Origin: Collimonas sp.
GTDB lineage: Bacteria > Pseudomonadota > Gammaproteobacteria > Burkholderiales > Burkholderiaceae_D
Assembly: GCF_035566555.1 (NCBI RefSeq)
Contig: NZ_DATMRB010000098.1
Span: 46,431 to 110,430, forward strand
Reading direction: 5' to 3'
DNA: 64,000 nucleotides
Each line of letters opens with the position of its first letter. The first letter of the stretch is position 1. Of this stretch, positions 47,444 through 56,315 are shown piece after piece. The notes beneath the pieces were generated by a model that saw only the letters and a program-made list of their open reading frames with translations, ran no database searches and was not told where the DNA came from. The translations under genes and the position numbers were made by a program.

Positions 47444-47450
47444 CAATTTC

Positions 47451-49013
47451 TCAAGCGGCCTGGCCGAGTTCGCCCTTGCCGAAATCTTCCGGGAAATGAT
47501 CGAGCGCCGACAGCACCGGCAGCGGCGTCATGCTGCCCATGGCGCACAGCGAGCCGTTGACCATGGTGTCGCACAGATCGCGCAGCAGCTTGATCTGCTG
47601 TGGCTGACCGGCGACGATCTTGTCGATCACCTCCACCCCACGGGTAGAACCGATGCGGCAAGGCGTGCATTTTCCGCAGGATTCGACCGCGCAGAATTCC
47701 ATCGCGTATCTGGCCTGCTTCGCCATATCGACGCTGTCGTCAAACACGACGATGCCGCCATGCCCCAGCATGCCGCCGACTGCCGCCATGGCTTCATAAT
47801 CGAGCTTGGTGTCGAACAGCGACGGCGGCAGATAGGGTCCCAGCGGGCCGCCGACCTGCACCGCGCGGATCGGCTTGCCGCTGGCAGTGCCGCCGCCAAA
47901 GTCTTGCAGCAGTTCGCGCAGGGTCACGCCAAAGGCTTTTTCCACCAGGCCGCCGCGGCGGATATTGCCGGCCAGTTGCATCGGCAGCGTGCCCAGCGAA
48001 CGGCCCATGCCGTAGTTCTTGTAAAAGGCCGCGCCACGCGCCAGGATGATAGGCACGGACGCCAGCGAGATCACATTGTTGATGACGGTCGGCTGGCCGA
48101 ACAAACCCTCGATGGCGGGCAGCGGCGGCTTGGCGCGCACCACGCCGCGCTTGCCTTCCAGGCTTTCCAGCAAAGCGGTTTCTTCGCCGCAGATATAGGC
48201 GCCGGCGCCCTTGCGCACTTCCAGATAGAAGCTGCTGGCCGAGCCGAGGATGTTGTCGCCGAGGTAGTTGGCGCTGTTCGCCGTGGCGATCGCATGGTTC
48301 AGCGCCGCGATGGCATGCGGATATTCCGAGCGGACGTAGATATAGCCGCGCGTGGCCCCCACTGCCAGCGCCGCAATCGTCATGCCCTCGATCAGCATGA
48401 AGGGATCGTCTTCCATCACCATGCGGTCGGAGAAGGTGCCGGAATCGCCTTCGTCGGCATTGCAGACGATGTACTTTTGCGCGGCGACGGTCGCGGCTAC
48501 CGTCTTCCACTTGATCCCAGTCGGAAAAGCCGCGCCGCCGCGGCCGCGCAAACCGGAGTCAAGCACTTCTTGCACCAGCGCAGCGCTCGGCATGGTCAAG
48601 GCGCGCCGCAAGCCTGCATAGCCTTCGTGCGCCAGGTAGTCCGGCAGCGAGAGCGGATCGGTGATGCCGACGCGGGCAAAGGTCAGGCGTTCCTGTTGTT
48701 TCAGATAGGGGATTTCTTCCACCAGTCCGAGCGCCGAACCATGCTGGCCGCCGCTGAGGAAACCGGCGTCGAACAGCGCGGCGACATCGTCGGCTTCGAC
48801 CGGACCGTAAGCGATGCGCCCGGCCGCGGTCGCCACTTCAACCAGCGGCTCCAGCCAGAACATGCCGCGCGAGCCGTTGCGCACCAACTTGATGCTGATG
48901 CCGCGCTGCGCCGCCTGCTGCACAATGGCCGCGGCGACCTGGTCGGCGCCGAGAGCGAGCGCGGTGGAATCGCGCGGGACATAAATGGTGACTGCTGTGT
49001 CGAGAGCGTTCAT
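47451..49013 (-). CDS. fdsB: Formate dehydrogenase beta subunit (NuoF-like, FMN/NAD-binding, 4Fe-4S)
   Basis: GLRGRGGAAFPTGIKW, ..GAYICGEETALLESLEG.., ESCGKCTPCR. Confidence 0.95.
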   Translation of the reverse strand: MNALDTAVTIYVPRDSTALALGADQVAAAIVQQAAQRGISIKLVRNGSRGMFWLEPLVEVATAAGRIAYGPVEADDVAALFDAGFLSGGQHGSALGLVEEIPYLKQQERLTFARVGITDPLSLPDYLAHEGYAGLRRALTMPSAALVQEVLDSGLRGRGGAAFPTGIKWKTVAATVAAQKYIVCNADEGDSGTFSDRMVMEDDPFMLIEGMTIAALAVGATRGYIYVRSEYPHAIAALNHAIATANSANYLGDNILGSASSFYLEVRKGAGAYICGEETALLESLEGKRGVVRAKPPLPAIEGLFGQPTVINNVISLASVPIILARGAAFYKNYGMGRSLGTLPMQLAGNIRRGGLVEKAFGVTLRELLQDFGGGTASGKPIRAVQVGGPLGPYLPPSLFDTKLDYEAMAAVGGMLGHGGIVVFDDSVDMAKQARYAMEFCAVESCGKCTPCRIGSTRGVEVIDKIVAGQPQQIKLLRDLCDTMVNGSLCAMGSMTPLPVLSALDHFPEDFGKGELGQAA

Positions 49014-49525
49014 TGCACACCTCGCTTGGCGCGCAGCAGGCGATTGAATTTGTCGCTGCTGACGCGGGCGTGCAAATCATCGTCGATCTGCATGTTCGGG
49101 CCGCAGGCGCACTGGCCCAGGCAATACACTGGCTCCAGCGTGAACTGGCCATCGCTGCTGGTGCCGTGGAAATCGCAGCCGAGGGCTGCCTTGGCGTGCG
49201 CCACCAGCGCATCGGCGCCGACCGCCTGGCAGGCTTCGGCGCGGCAGATCTGCACAATGTGGCGGCCTGCCGGCTGCTGGCGGAAATGGTGATAGAAGCT
49301 GATCACGCCGTGCACTTCGGCACGCGAGAGGTTCAGCTCATCGGCGATCAGCGGCACCACGGATGGCGGCACATAGCCGAGCGCGTCCTGGATGGCATGC
49401 AGCACGGGCAGCATGGCGCCCGGCAGCATCTTGAATTCTTGAATAATGGATCTGACCTGATTCAGGTCGACAGACGGGTCCGACGGCACAGCTTGCGGAA
49501 CGCTAGCTTCGATTTGCATCTTCAC
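49010..49525 (-). CDS. fdsG: Formate dehydrogenase gamma subunit (NuoE-like 2Fe-2S)
   Basis: ..LPVLHAIQDALGYVP.., CRAEAC and CLGQCACGP cysteine pairs. 4-nt overlap with fdsB. Confidence 0.9.
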   Translation of the reverse strand: MKMQIEASVPQAVPSDPSVDLNQVRSIIQEFKMLPGAMLPVLHAIQDALGYVPPSVVPLIADELNLSRAEVHGVISFYHHFRQQPAGRHIVQICRAEACQAVGADALVAHAKAALGCDFHGTSSDGQFTLEPVYCLGQCACGPNMQIDDDLHARVSSDKFNRLLRAKRGVQ

Positions 49526-49783
49526 AACAGTCTCCTACCGGGATTCAGCACTACAAAAGGCGCTCCGATCGAATGCTGTTCTTATGTACAGCGATGCATC
49601 CTGGTCAGCGTGCCGCGGTGTGTCTTGAAATCTGTGTTGCCATTACTGTTTTTATGCTTTTATCAAACTGCCTTGTTACCGGGACAGAGCAGTGCGCCAC
49701 GCTGCGTTGGCTTGCACGCCCTGTCCCTCTGCTACATGTACTGCGTTTGTCTATTTAGTTGCCTATCCACTTGCCCTAAATAC

Positions 49784-51421
49784 TTACTTGAACAGCACCG
49801 CCGATTTTTGCAGGGTGATCGAAATCCCCCAGATCAGCGGAATCACCACCGCTGCCCACGACAGCCACAACAGCGCAGGATTGCCGCCGCTGCCGATACG
49901 CGCCATGACTTCCGGCGGCAGCACTGCCTCGCCCTTGGCCGAAGCCTGCTCATGCGCCAGCTGCTTTTCGCGCGCCAGTTCTTCCGGCGTCATGAAATGC
50001 TTGGCGGCAATCGGGCGGATCATCAAATTGCACAGCAAGCCCAGCACCAGCATGCCAGCCAGGATGTACATGGTGGTGTTGTAAACCGATTCACGCGGCA
50101 TGCCGAGGCCAAGCTGGTACTCGCGCATGTAGTTGACCACCACAGGTCCGAGAATCCCGGCGGTAGCCCAGGCAGTCAGCAGACGGCCATGGATCGCGCC
50201 TACCATCTGTGTGCCGAACAAGTCCGCCAGATAGGCCGGCACGGTAGCGAAACCGCCACCATACATCGACAGGATCAAACACACTGCCCCCACGAACAAC
50301 GCCACGTTGCCGCTCGCCCCCGACCATGGCAGGCTCACGTACAACACGAAACCAAGTACAAAGAACACTACATACGTCATCTTGCGTCCGATGTAATCCG
50401 AGCAGGTAGCCCAGAAAAAGCGGCCGCCGATATTGAACAGGCTGATCAAACCGGTAAAGCCGGCAGCAATCGCCGCAATCGCCTTCACCTGGTCGCCCGA
50501 CAACTCGGAAAACTTTGTCGTCACACCCAGCAGGTGGCCGCCGAACATTTCTTGCAGCATCGGCGACGCCATGCCGATCACGCCGATACCTGCCGATACG
50601 TTCAGGCACAGCACCAGCCACACCAGCCAGAACTGCGGAATACCCCAGACTTTGCTGGCGTGCACGTGGTGCTGGGTGATCATGGTATTGCTGCTGGCCG
50701 CCGGCGGGGTCCAGCCAGCCGGCTTCCAGCCGCTAGGCGGAATCCGGTAGCCGAAAGCGCCAGCCATCATGAACACCAGGTAAATCAACGCCATCACTAC
50801 AAACGTCTGCCACACGCCGACCGAGGTATCGGTAGCGAAATGCTTCATCAGCTTGTCCGCGAGCGGGCTGCCGATCAGCGCGCCGCCGCCAAAACCCATG
50901 ATGGCCATGCCGGTCGCCATGCCGCGGCGGTCCGGAAACCATTTGATCAGGGTCGACACCGGCGAGATATAACCCAGTCCGAGGCCGACGCCGCCGATCA
51001 GGCCGGAGCCGAGCCAGATCAGCCAGATCTGATGTTCATACACGCCCAAAGCCGAGATCAGCAAACCGCCGCACCAGCACAGCGCAGCCACGAAACCGGC
51101 CTTGCGCGGACCAACGTGCTCCAGCCAGCCACCCCAGATTGCCGCCGATGTTCCCAGCAAGACGAAGAACATGGTGAAGATCCAGCCCAGCATCGAAATC
51201 TTCCAGTCGCAATTGCTTGCGAATATTTCAGCCAAGAAACTCATATCCTTGGCGCAAACCACCGATTCCTTGATCCCGATCGCCTTTGACAACGGCAGCC
51301 AGAACACTGAGAAACCATAAGCCATGCCAATACACAGATGTATCGCCAACGCCGCCGGCGGCACCAGCCAGCGGTTGAATCCCGGACCTGCAATGGTCCG
51401 TTGTTTGTCTAGAAACCCCAT
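49784..51421 (-). CDS. OFA (oxalate/formate antiporter) family MFS transporter, long form (545 aa)
   Basis: N-terminus ..NRWLVPPAALAIHLCIGMAYGFSVFWLPL.., then ..GPRKAGFVAA.., ..IKWFPDRRGMATGMAIMGFGGGA... An extra C-terminal charged linker plus a hydrophobic helix follows (..ALLWLSWAAVVIPLIWGISITL..). Confidence 0.85.
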   Translation of the reverse strand: MGFLDKQRTIAGPGFNRWLVPPAALAIHLCIGMAYGFSVFWLPLSKAIGIKESVVCAKDMSFLAEIFASNCDWKISMLGWIFTMFFVLLGTSAAIWGGWLEHVGPRKAGFVAALCWCGGLLISALGVYEHQIWLIWLGSGLIGGVGLGLGYISPVSTLIKWFPDRRGMATGMAIMGFGGGALIGSPLADKLMKHFATDTSVGVWQTFVVMALIYLVFMMAGAFGYRIPPSGWKPAGWTPPAASSNTMITQHHVHASKVWGIPQFWLVWLVLCLNVSAGIGVIGMASPMLQEMFGGHLLGVTTKFSELSGDQVKAIAAIAAGFTGLISLFNIGGRFFWATCSDYIGRKMTYVVFFVLGFVLYVSLPWSGASGNVALFVGAVCLILSMYGGGFATVPAYLADLFGTQMVGAIHGRLLTAWATAGILGPVVVNYMREYQLGLGMPRESVYNTTMYILAGMLVLGLLCNLMIRPIAAKHFMTPEELAREKQLAHEQASAKGEAVLPPEVMARIGSGGNPALLWLSWAAVVIPLIWGISITLQKSAVLFK

Positions 51422-51568
51422 CTAATTCCCCCCGGAAATGAAAAAGTATTATATGTACCATAGGTAATTACTTACATATAGTTTTATGTGTGAAATATTT
51501 TCATTTCCCTTACATGAACGAAAAATATCACTAGCGGCGCGCATACTCAATAGGCTATATTTTGCATA

Positions 51569-52645
51569 ATGTTTAAAGTCAAAATCAAACCGCACTGGGA
51601 AATTTCGCGCGACGCCGAGCCGCCGTTGGATACTGCCGTGCTATTGACATTGCTGACGGCAATCCAGGAAACCGGCTCGATCGCCAACGCCGCCAAGCAG
51701 ATCGGCAACTCATACCGCCACGCCTGGGGCTTGCTGCGCGAAGCGGAAAAGATGTTCGGCCACCCCTTGATACAAACTGGACGCGGCCGTGGCAGTGAAT
51801 TATTGCCGCTGGCGGAAAAACTGATCTGGGCCGATCGCCGCATCGCCGCCCGGCTATCGCCGACGCTGGAAAGCCTGGCTTCGGAACTAGAGGGGGAATT
51901 GAGCAAGGCGGTCAGCGTCCAGCCGCAGGTAATCCGGCTCAACGCCAGCCATGGCTTTGCGGTGGCGGCGCTGCTCAGCCAGTTGAACGAACAGCAGGTA
52001 CCGGTGGAACTGCGCTATCGCAACAGCGCTGACGCCGTGGCGGCGCTAGCGCGCGAGGAATGCGACCTGGCGGGCTTCCATGTGCCGCTGGGAGAGTTTG
52101 AAGAAGCAGCGGTGGCCGGCTACAGCCATTGGCTGGACAAGAACAAGCACTGTCTGATCCATCTGGCGGTCCGCAACCAGGGCTTGATGGTGGCGCCCGG
52201 CAATCCGAAACATATAGTCAGCCTGGCCGACCTCAGCCGCGACGGCGTGCTGTTCGTCAATCGCCAGCCCGGCTCCGGCACCCGCATGCTGCTGGAGCTG
52301 ATGCTGTCGCGGCAAGGCTTGTCGCCGACCGCCATCGACGGCTTCGAGACCGCCGAATTCACGCACTCGGCGATTGCCGCTTTTATTGCCAGCGGCATGG
52401 CCGATGTCGGTTTCGGCGTCCAGACCGCCGCCGAACGCTTCGGCCTGGACTTCATTCCCCTGATCCGCGAGCGCTACTTCTTTGCCGTGCCTATCAGCGT
52501 CATGAAAGATCCCTTGATGCAGCAAGTCATCGGCATCCTGCAGTCAGCCTCGTTCCGCGACATCGTCAACCAGCTGCATGGCTACGACGGCAACGCCACC
52601 GGCGAGATCCTGACGCTTGCCAAGGCGTTCAAGAGCCTGCACTAG
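51569..52645 (+). CDS. Transcriptional regulator: ModE-like N-terminal HTH fused to a periplasmic-binding-protein-like (molybdate/tungstate-binding-like, COG1910-type) domain
   Basis: ..TGSIANAAKQIGNSYRHAWGLLREAEKMFGHPLIQTGRGRGSELLPLAEKL.. parallels the ModE HTH (GSISQGAKDAGISYKSAW..). The C-terminal ~230 aa look like a PBP type-2 fold (..GNPKHI.SLADL...FVNRQPGSGTR..). Divergent from the OFA transporter. Confidence 0.7.
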   Translation: MFKVKIKPHWEISRDAEPPLDTAVLLTLLTAIQETGSIANAAKQIGNSYRHAWGLLREAEKMFGHPLIQTGRGRGSELLPLAEKLIWADRRIAARLSPTLESLASELEGELSKAVSVQPQVIRLNASHGFAVAALLSQLNEQQVPVELRYRNSADAVAALAREECDLAGFHVPLGEFEEAAVAGYSHWLDKNKHCLIHLAVRNQGLMVAPGNPKHIVSLADLSRDGVLFVNRQPGSGTRMLLELMLSRQGLSPTAIDGFETAEFTHSAIAAFIASGMADVGFGVQTAAERFGLDFIPLIRERYFFAVPISVMKDPLMQQVIGILQSASFRDIVNQLHGYDGNATGEILTLAKAFKSLH

Positions 52646-52909
52646 CAGGCGCGGTAGCGGCGCCGTCCGGCCCGGACACGCCGTACATGAATTTATTTCC
52701 ACATAGCACTAACCATCGAGCGCCTTTATGCGCAATGATCTATATAAATCATTGTGGAATGCAAAGATGAATCTAAAATAGCGCATTATTTCCGATGAAA
52801 TTATCATTTGCATAATATTTTATCCGGCAGCACACTCCCAAGCGCCGAAGAAACCGTTTGCTTGTTGATATGAATCGAACACTTTACCGATATTTACAGG
52901 AGATATTCA

Positions 52910-53695
52910 ATGAAACGAATTTTCAATCTGAGTCTGTGCGTACTGTCCGCTGCACTGTTGCTGGCGGCCTGCGGCAAGCAGGAACCGAAAACCACGGCAG
53001 CGGCCGAACCCAAGGTCTACCTGGTCGGCGCCGAAGCGACTTTTGCACCGTTTGAATATCAGAATGAACAAAAGGAAATCGTCGGCTTCGATGTCGATGT
53101 CATGAACGCCATCGCCGACAAGGCCGGCTTCAAGATCAAGTTCGTCAACACCCCGTTTGAAGGCATCTTCAACTTCCTGGCGCAAGGCGACCGCGACCTG
53201 CTGGCGTCGGCTATCACCATCACCGACGAACGCAAGCAGACCGTCGATTTTTCCGAACCCTACTTCGAGGCGAACCAGCTGATCGTGGTGCCCAAGGATT
53301 CCAAGGTCGCCAAGTTTGCCGACCTGAAGAACATGAAGGTCGGCGTGCAAAGCGCCACCACCGGCGATGAAATCGTGCAGAAGGAACTGGGCAAGAGTAA
53401 TCCGAACATCAAGCGTCTGGAATCGGCGACGCTGGTGATGAAAGAACTGGAAGGCGGCGGCGTCGAGGCGGTTGTCTCCGACAATGGCGTGATCAAGAAC
53501 TACATCAAGAACAATCCTTCGGAAGGCTTCCGCTTCATCGCCGATCCGGAATTTCCTAAAGAGTACTACGGTATCGCCGTCAAGAAGGGCAATGCCGAGC
53601 TGCTGGCCAAGGTCAACCAGGGACTGGCGGCGATCAAGGCCGACGGTACCTACGACAAGATTTACGCCAAGTATTTCGCCGACACAGCCAAATAA
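52910..53695 (+). CDS. Polar amino acid ABC transporter substrate-binding lipoprotein, paralog 1
   Basis: Lipobox LLAACGK. Family-3 SBP segments: ..FAPFEYQNE..VGFDVDVMNAIA.., TITDERKQTVDFSEPYF, VGVQSATTGDE. Confidence 0.9.
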   Translation: MKRIFNLSLCVLSAALLLAACGKQEPKTTAAAEPKVYLVGAEATFAPFEYQNEQKEIVGFDVDVMNAIADKAGFKIKFVNTPFEGIFNFLAQGDRDLLASAITITDERKQTVDFSEPYFEANQLIVVPKDSKVAKFADLKNMKVGVQSATTGDEIVQKELGKSNPNIKRLESATLVMKELEGGGVEAVVSDNGVIKNYIKNNPSEGFRFIADPEFPKEYYGIAVKKGNAELLAKVNQGLAAIKADGTYDKIYAKYFADTAK

Positions 53696-53708
53696 GCCGG
53701 GAGACAAC

Positions 53709-54494
53709 ATGAAACGACGATATCTTCCCGCGCTGGCCCTGCTGTGCTCGCTGACGCTTCTGGCGGCATGCGGTAAAAAAGAGGACACTGCCGCTGCGGC
53801 TGCTGCGCCTAAGGAATACGTGGTCGGCGCCGACGGCGCATATGCACCCTTCGCCTCCGAGAACGAACAGAAGGAACTGGTCGGCTTCGACGTCGAAATC
53901 ATGAAGGCAGTGGCCGACAAGGCCGGCATCAAGGTCAAGATCGTCAATACCCCGTTCGACGGCCTGTTCAATGCGCTGGCCCAGGGCGATCGCGACATCC
54001 TGATCTCCACCATCACGATCAACGACCAGCGCAAGCAAAGCATGGACTTCTCCGAGCCCTACTTCGTCGCCAAGCAACTGATCGTGCTGCCGGCCGGCTC
54101 CAAGGTGACCAAATTCGAAGATCTGAAAGCCCAGAAAATCGGCGTCCAGAGCGGCACCACGGCAGATGAAGCGGCGCAAAACCTGGTCGGCAAGAACAGC
54201 CCCAGCGTCAAGCGCTTCGAATCGATGCCGCTGGCGTTCCAGGAACTGGAAGGCGGCGGCGTCGACGCCGTGGTCGGCGACAATGGCGTGGTCACCAATT
54301 TCGTCAAGAACAATCCGGGCAAGAATTTCCGCATCGTCAACGATCCGGCTTTCCCCAAAGAGTACTACGGCATCGCGGTCAAGAAGGGCAACAGCGAACT
54401 GCTGGCCAAGCTCAACCACGGCCTGGAACTGATCAAGGCGGACGGCACCCAGGACCGCATCTACAAGAAATATTTCGCCGACGAGAAGCTGTAA
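53709..54494 (+). CDS. Polar amino acid ABC transporter substrate-binding lipoprotein, paralog 2
   Basis: MKRRYLPALALLCSLTLLAACGK (lipobox). Collinear with paralog 1. The ATG at 53709 is 14 nt after the paralog 1 stop. The track's start at 53592 is over-extended. Confidence 0.9.
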   Translation: MKRRYLPALALLCSLTLLAACGKKEDTAAAAAAPKEYVVGADGAYAPFASENEQKELVGFDVEIMKAVADKAGIKVKIVNTPFDGLFNALAQGDRDILISTITINDQRKQSMDFSEPYFVAKQLIVLPAGSKVTKFEDLKAQKIGVQSGTTADEAAQNLVGKNSPSVKRFESMPLAFQELEGGGVDAVVGDNGVVTNFVKNNPGKNFRIVNDPAFPKEYYGIAVKKGNSELLAKLNHGLELIKADGTQDRIYKKYFADEKL

Positions 54495-54555
54495 ATCCCG
54501 TTTCATTGCCGATACTGAACCTGATCGCCAGCCGATTTATTTTTGCGAGTACACC

Positions 54556-55350
54556 ATGAAAAAATTGTTAAGCCGCTACCTGCCGCTGTGCGCCCTGAGC
54601 CTGGGCCTGCTGGCCGTCGGCGCCTGCGGTAAAAAGGAAGAAGCGCCGGCCGCGGCAGCCAAACAGACCCTGTACGTGGTCGGGGTGGAATCGGCTTATG
54701 CGCCGTTCTCCGCCGAAAACGAAAAAAAGGAAGTGGTCGGTTTCGATATCGATCTGATGAAGGCGATCGCGGCAAAGATCGGCATCGAGGTGAAATTCAT
54801 CCCGACGCCGTTTGAAGGAATCTTCAACTTCCTGGCACAAGGCGACCGCGACCTGCTGATTTCCGCCATCACCATCACCGACGAGCGCAAGCAGACGGTG
54901 GATTTTTCGACACCCTATTTCGAAGCCAGCCAGCTGATCGCCGTCCCCCAAGGTAATACCACGGTCAAGCAGTTCAGCGACCTGAAGAACCTGAAGATCG
55001 GCGTGCAAAGCGCCACTACCGGCGACGAAGTGGTGCAGAACCTGGTCGGCAAGAACAACCCCAGCATCAAGCGCTTCGACTCGACCACGCTGGCCCTGAA
55101 GGAACTGGAAAGCGGCGGCGTCGATGCCGTGGTGGCCGACGATCCGGTGGTGCGCAATTACATTACCAACAATCCCTCCGCCAGCTTCCGCGTGGTGACC
55201 GATGGCGGCTTCCCCAAGGAGTACTATGGGATCGCCGTACGCAAAGGCAACACCGAACTGCTGGAGAAAATCAACAAGGGGCTGGCCGAGGTCAAGGCGG
55301 ATGGCAGTTTCGACAAGATTAACCAGAAGTATTTTGGCAACGCCAAGTAA
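54556..55350 (+). CDS. Polar amino acid ABC transporter substrate-binding lipoprotein, paralog 3
   Basis: Lipobox LLAVGACGK. Collinear with paralogs 1 and 2 (TITDERKQTVDFSTPYF, IGVQSATTGDE). Confidence 0.9.
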   Translation: MKKLLSRYLPLCALSLGLLAVGACGKKEEAPAAAAKQTLYVVGVESAYAPFSAENEKKEVVGFDIDLMKAIAAKIGIEVKFIPTPFEGIFNFLAQGDRDLLISAITITDERKQTVDFSTPYFEASQLIAVPQGNTTVKQFSDLKNLKIGVQSATTGDEVVQNLVGKNNPSIKRFDSTTLALKELESGGVDAVVADDPVVRNYITNNPSASFRVVTDGGFPKEYYGIAVRKGNTELLEKINKGLAEVKADGSFDKINQKYFGNAK

Positions 55351-55507
55351 GGCGTGATGAGGCGCAGACTGCCGTTTTTTGGCGGTCTGCGGCAACTACG
55401 GTATAATTTTCCGCTAATTTTTTAATATCCTTATGCGCAGCCTGCCGATTGCCGATCCCGGCTTGCGCGTCCGCCTTCATCCTCGCATCATTTCTTCTCA
55501 ATAATTT

Positions 55508-56251
55508 ATGGATTTCCGCTGGAGCATCATACAAGGCTACGCCCCGCTATTCGTCAAAGGCTTCTTCATGACGCTGCAGGTCGCCGTGATCAGTATCATC
55601 ATCGGCACCATCCTCGGATTATTTCTAGGCATGCTGCGCCTGGCTGAAGTCAAGCATGGACCATGGAAGTGGCCCTTCCGCGTTGTGAAGGGCCTGGCCA
55701 GCTTCTACGTTGCCTTCTTCCGCGGCACGCCGCTGTTCGTGCAGATCCTGCTGATCCACTTCGCCGTCATGCCGGTGCTGATCCACCAGGACAACGGCTT
55801 GCTGATTTCCGGCGAACTGGCGCGCACCATCAAGCAAGACTATGGCGCCTTCATTTCGGGCGTGGTCGCCTTGTCGCTCAATGCCGGCGCCTATATCTCC
55901 GAAATTTTCCGCGCCGGCATCCAGTCTATCGACCGCGGCCAAAGCTATGCCGCCTCCAGCCTCGGCATGGGCTACAAGGCAACCATGCGCTATGTGGTGC
56001 TGCCGCAAGCCTTCCGCCGCATGCTGCCGCCGCTCGGCAACGAAGCCATCACCCTGCTCAAGGACTCTTCGCTGGTATCCGCCATCGGCCTGGCCGAACT
56101 GGCTTACGCGGCGCGTACAGTGGCCGGCGCCTATTCGCGTTACTGGGAACCGTACATCACCATTTCGGTGGTCTATTTCGCCATGACGATGATATTGGCG
56201 ACACTGGTGGGCCGGCTGGAAAAGAAATACGCGGCGCCGCATCACCGCTGA
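55508..56251 (+). CDS. Amino acid ABC transporter permease (His/Glu/Gln/Arg/opine family)
   Basis: 247 aa. Contains ..FFRGTPLFVQILLIHF.. and the EAA-loop region ..AGIQSIDRGQSYAASSLGMGYKATMRYVVLPQAFRRMLPPLGNE... Confidence 0.9.
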   Translation: MDFRWSIIQGYAPLFVKGFFMTLQVAVISIIIGTILGLFLGMLRLAEVKHGPWKWPFRVVKGLASFYVAFFRGTPLFVQILLIHFAVMPVLIHQDNGLLISGELARTIKQDYGAFISGVVALSLNAGAYISEIFRAGIQSIDRGQSYAASSLGMGYKATMRYVVLPQAFRRMLPPLGNEAITLLKDSSLVSAIGLAELAYAARTVAGAYSRYWEPYITISVVYFAMTMILATLVGRLEKKYAAPHHR

Positions 56252-56271
56252 TCGCAGTCTTCCTTGCATCG

Positions 56272-56311
56272 AAAAAGCCCTTGTCTTCTGTCATGAAGCA
56301 AGGGCTTTTTT
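56272..56311. terminator. Bidirectional terminator between the permease and the convergent addA-like gene
   Basis: aaaaagcccttg-(15 nt)-caagggctttttt. Confidence 0.8.
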
Positions 56312-56315
56312 GTCG

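Noticed and set aside
49526-49783. Possible Moco riboswitch or other leader RNA in the 258-nt region upstream of fdsG. An imperfect hairpin gggacag...ctgtccc lies at about 49682-49727.
   Set aside because: I could not recognise the conserved Moco-motif core by eye. The hairpin is imperfect and lacks a U-tract. A covariance-model search would be needed before any claim.
52728-52817. AT-rich inverted repeats upstream of the first amino-acid SBP gene (CAATGAT-N8-ATCATTG at 52733-52754; ATTAT-N7-ATAAT at 52801-52817).
   Set aside because: These are short 5-7 bp arms in very AT-rich DNA, where such symmetry arises easily by chance. They could be operator sites but are not distinctive enough to report as a finding.
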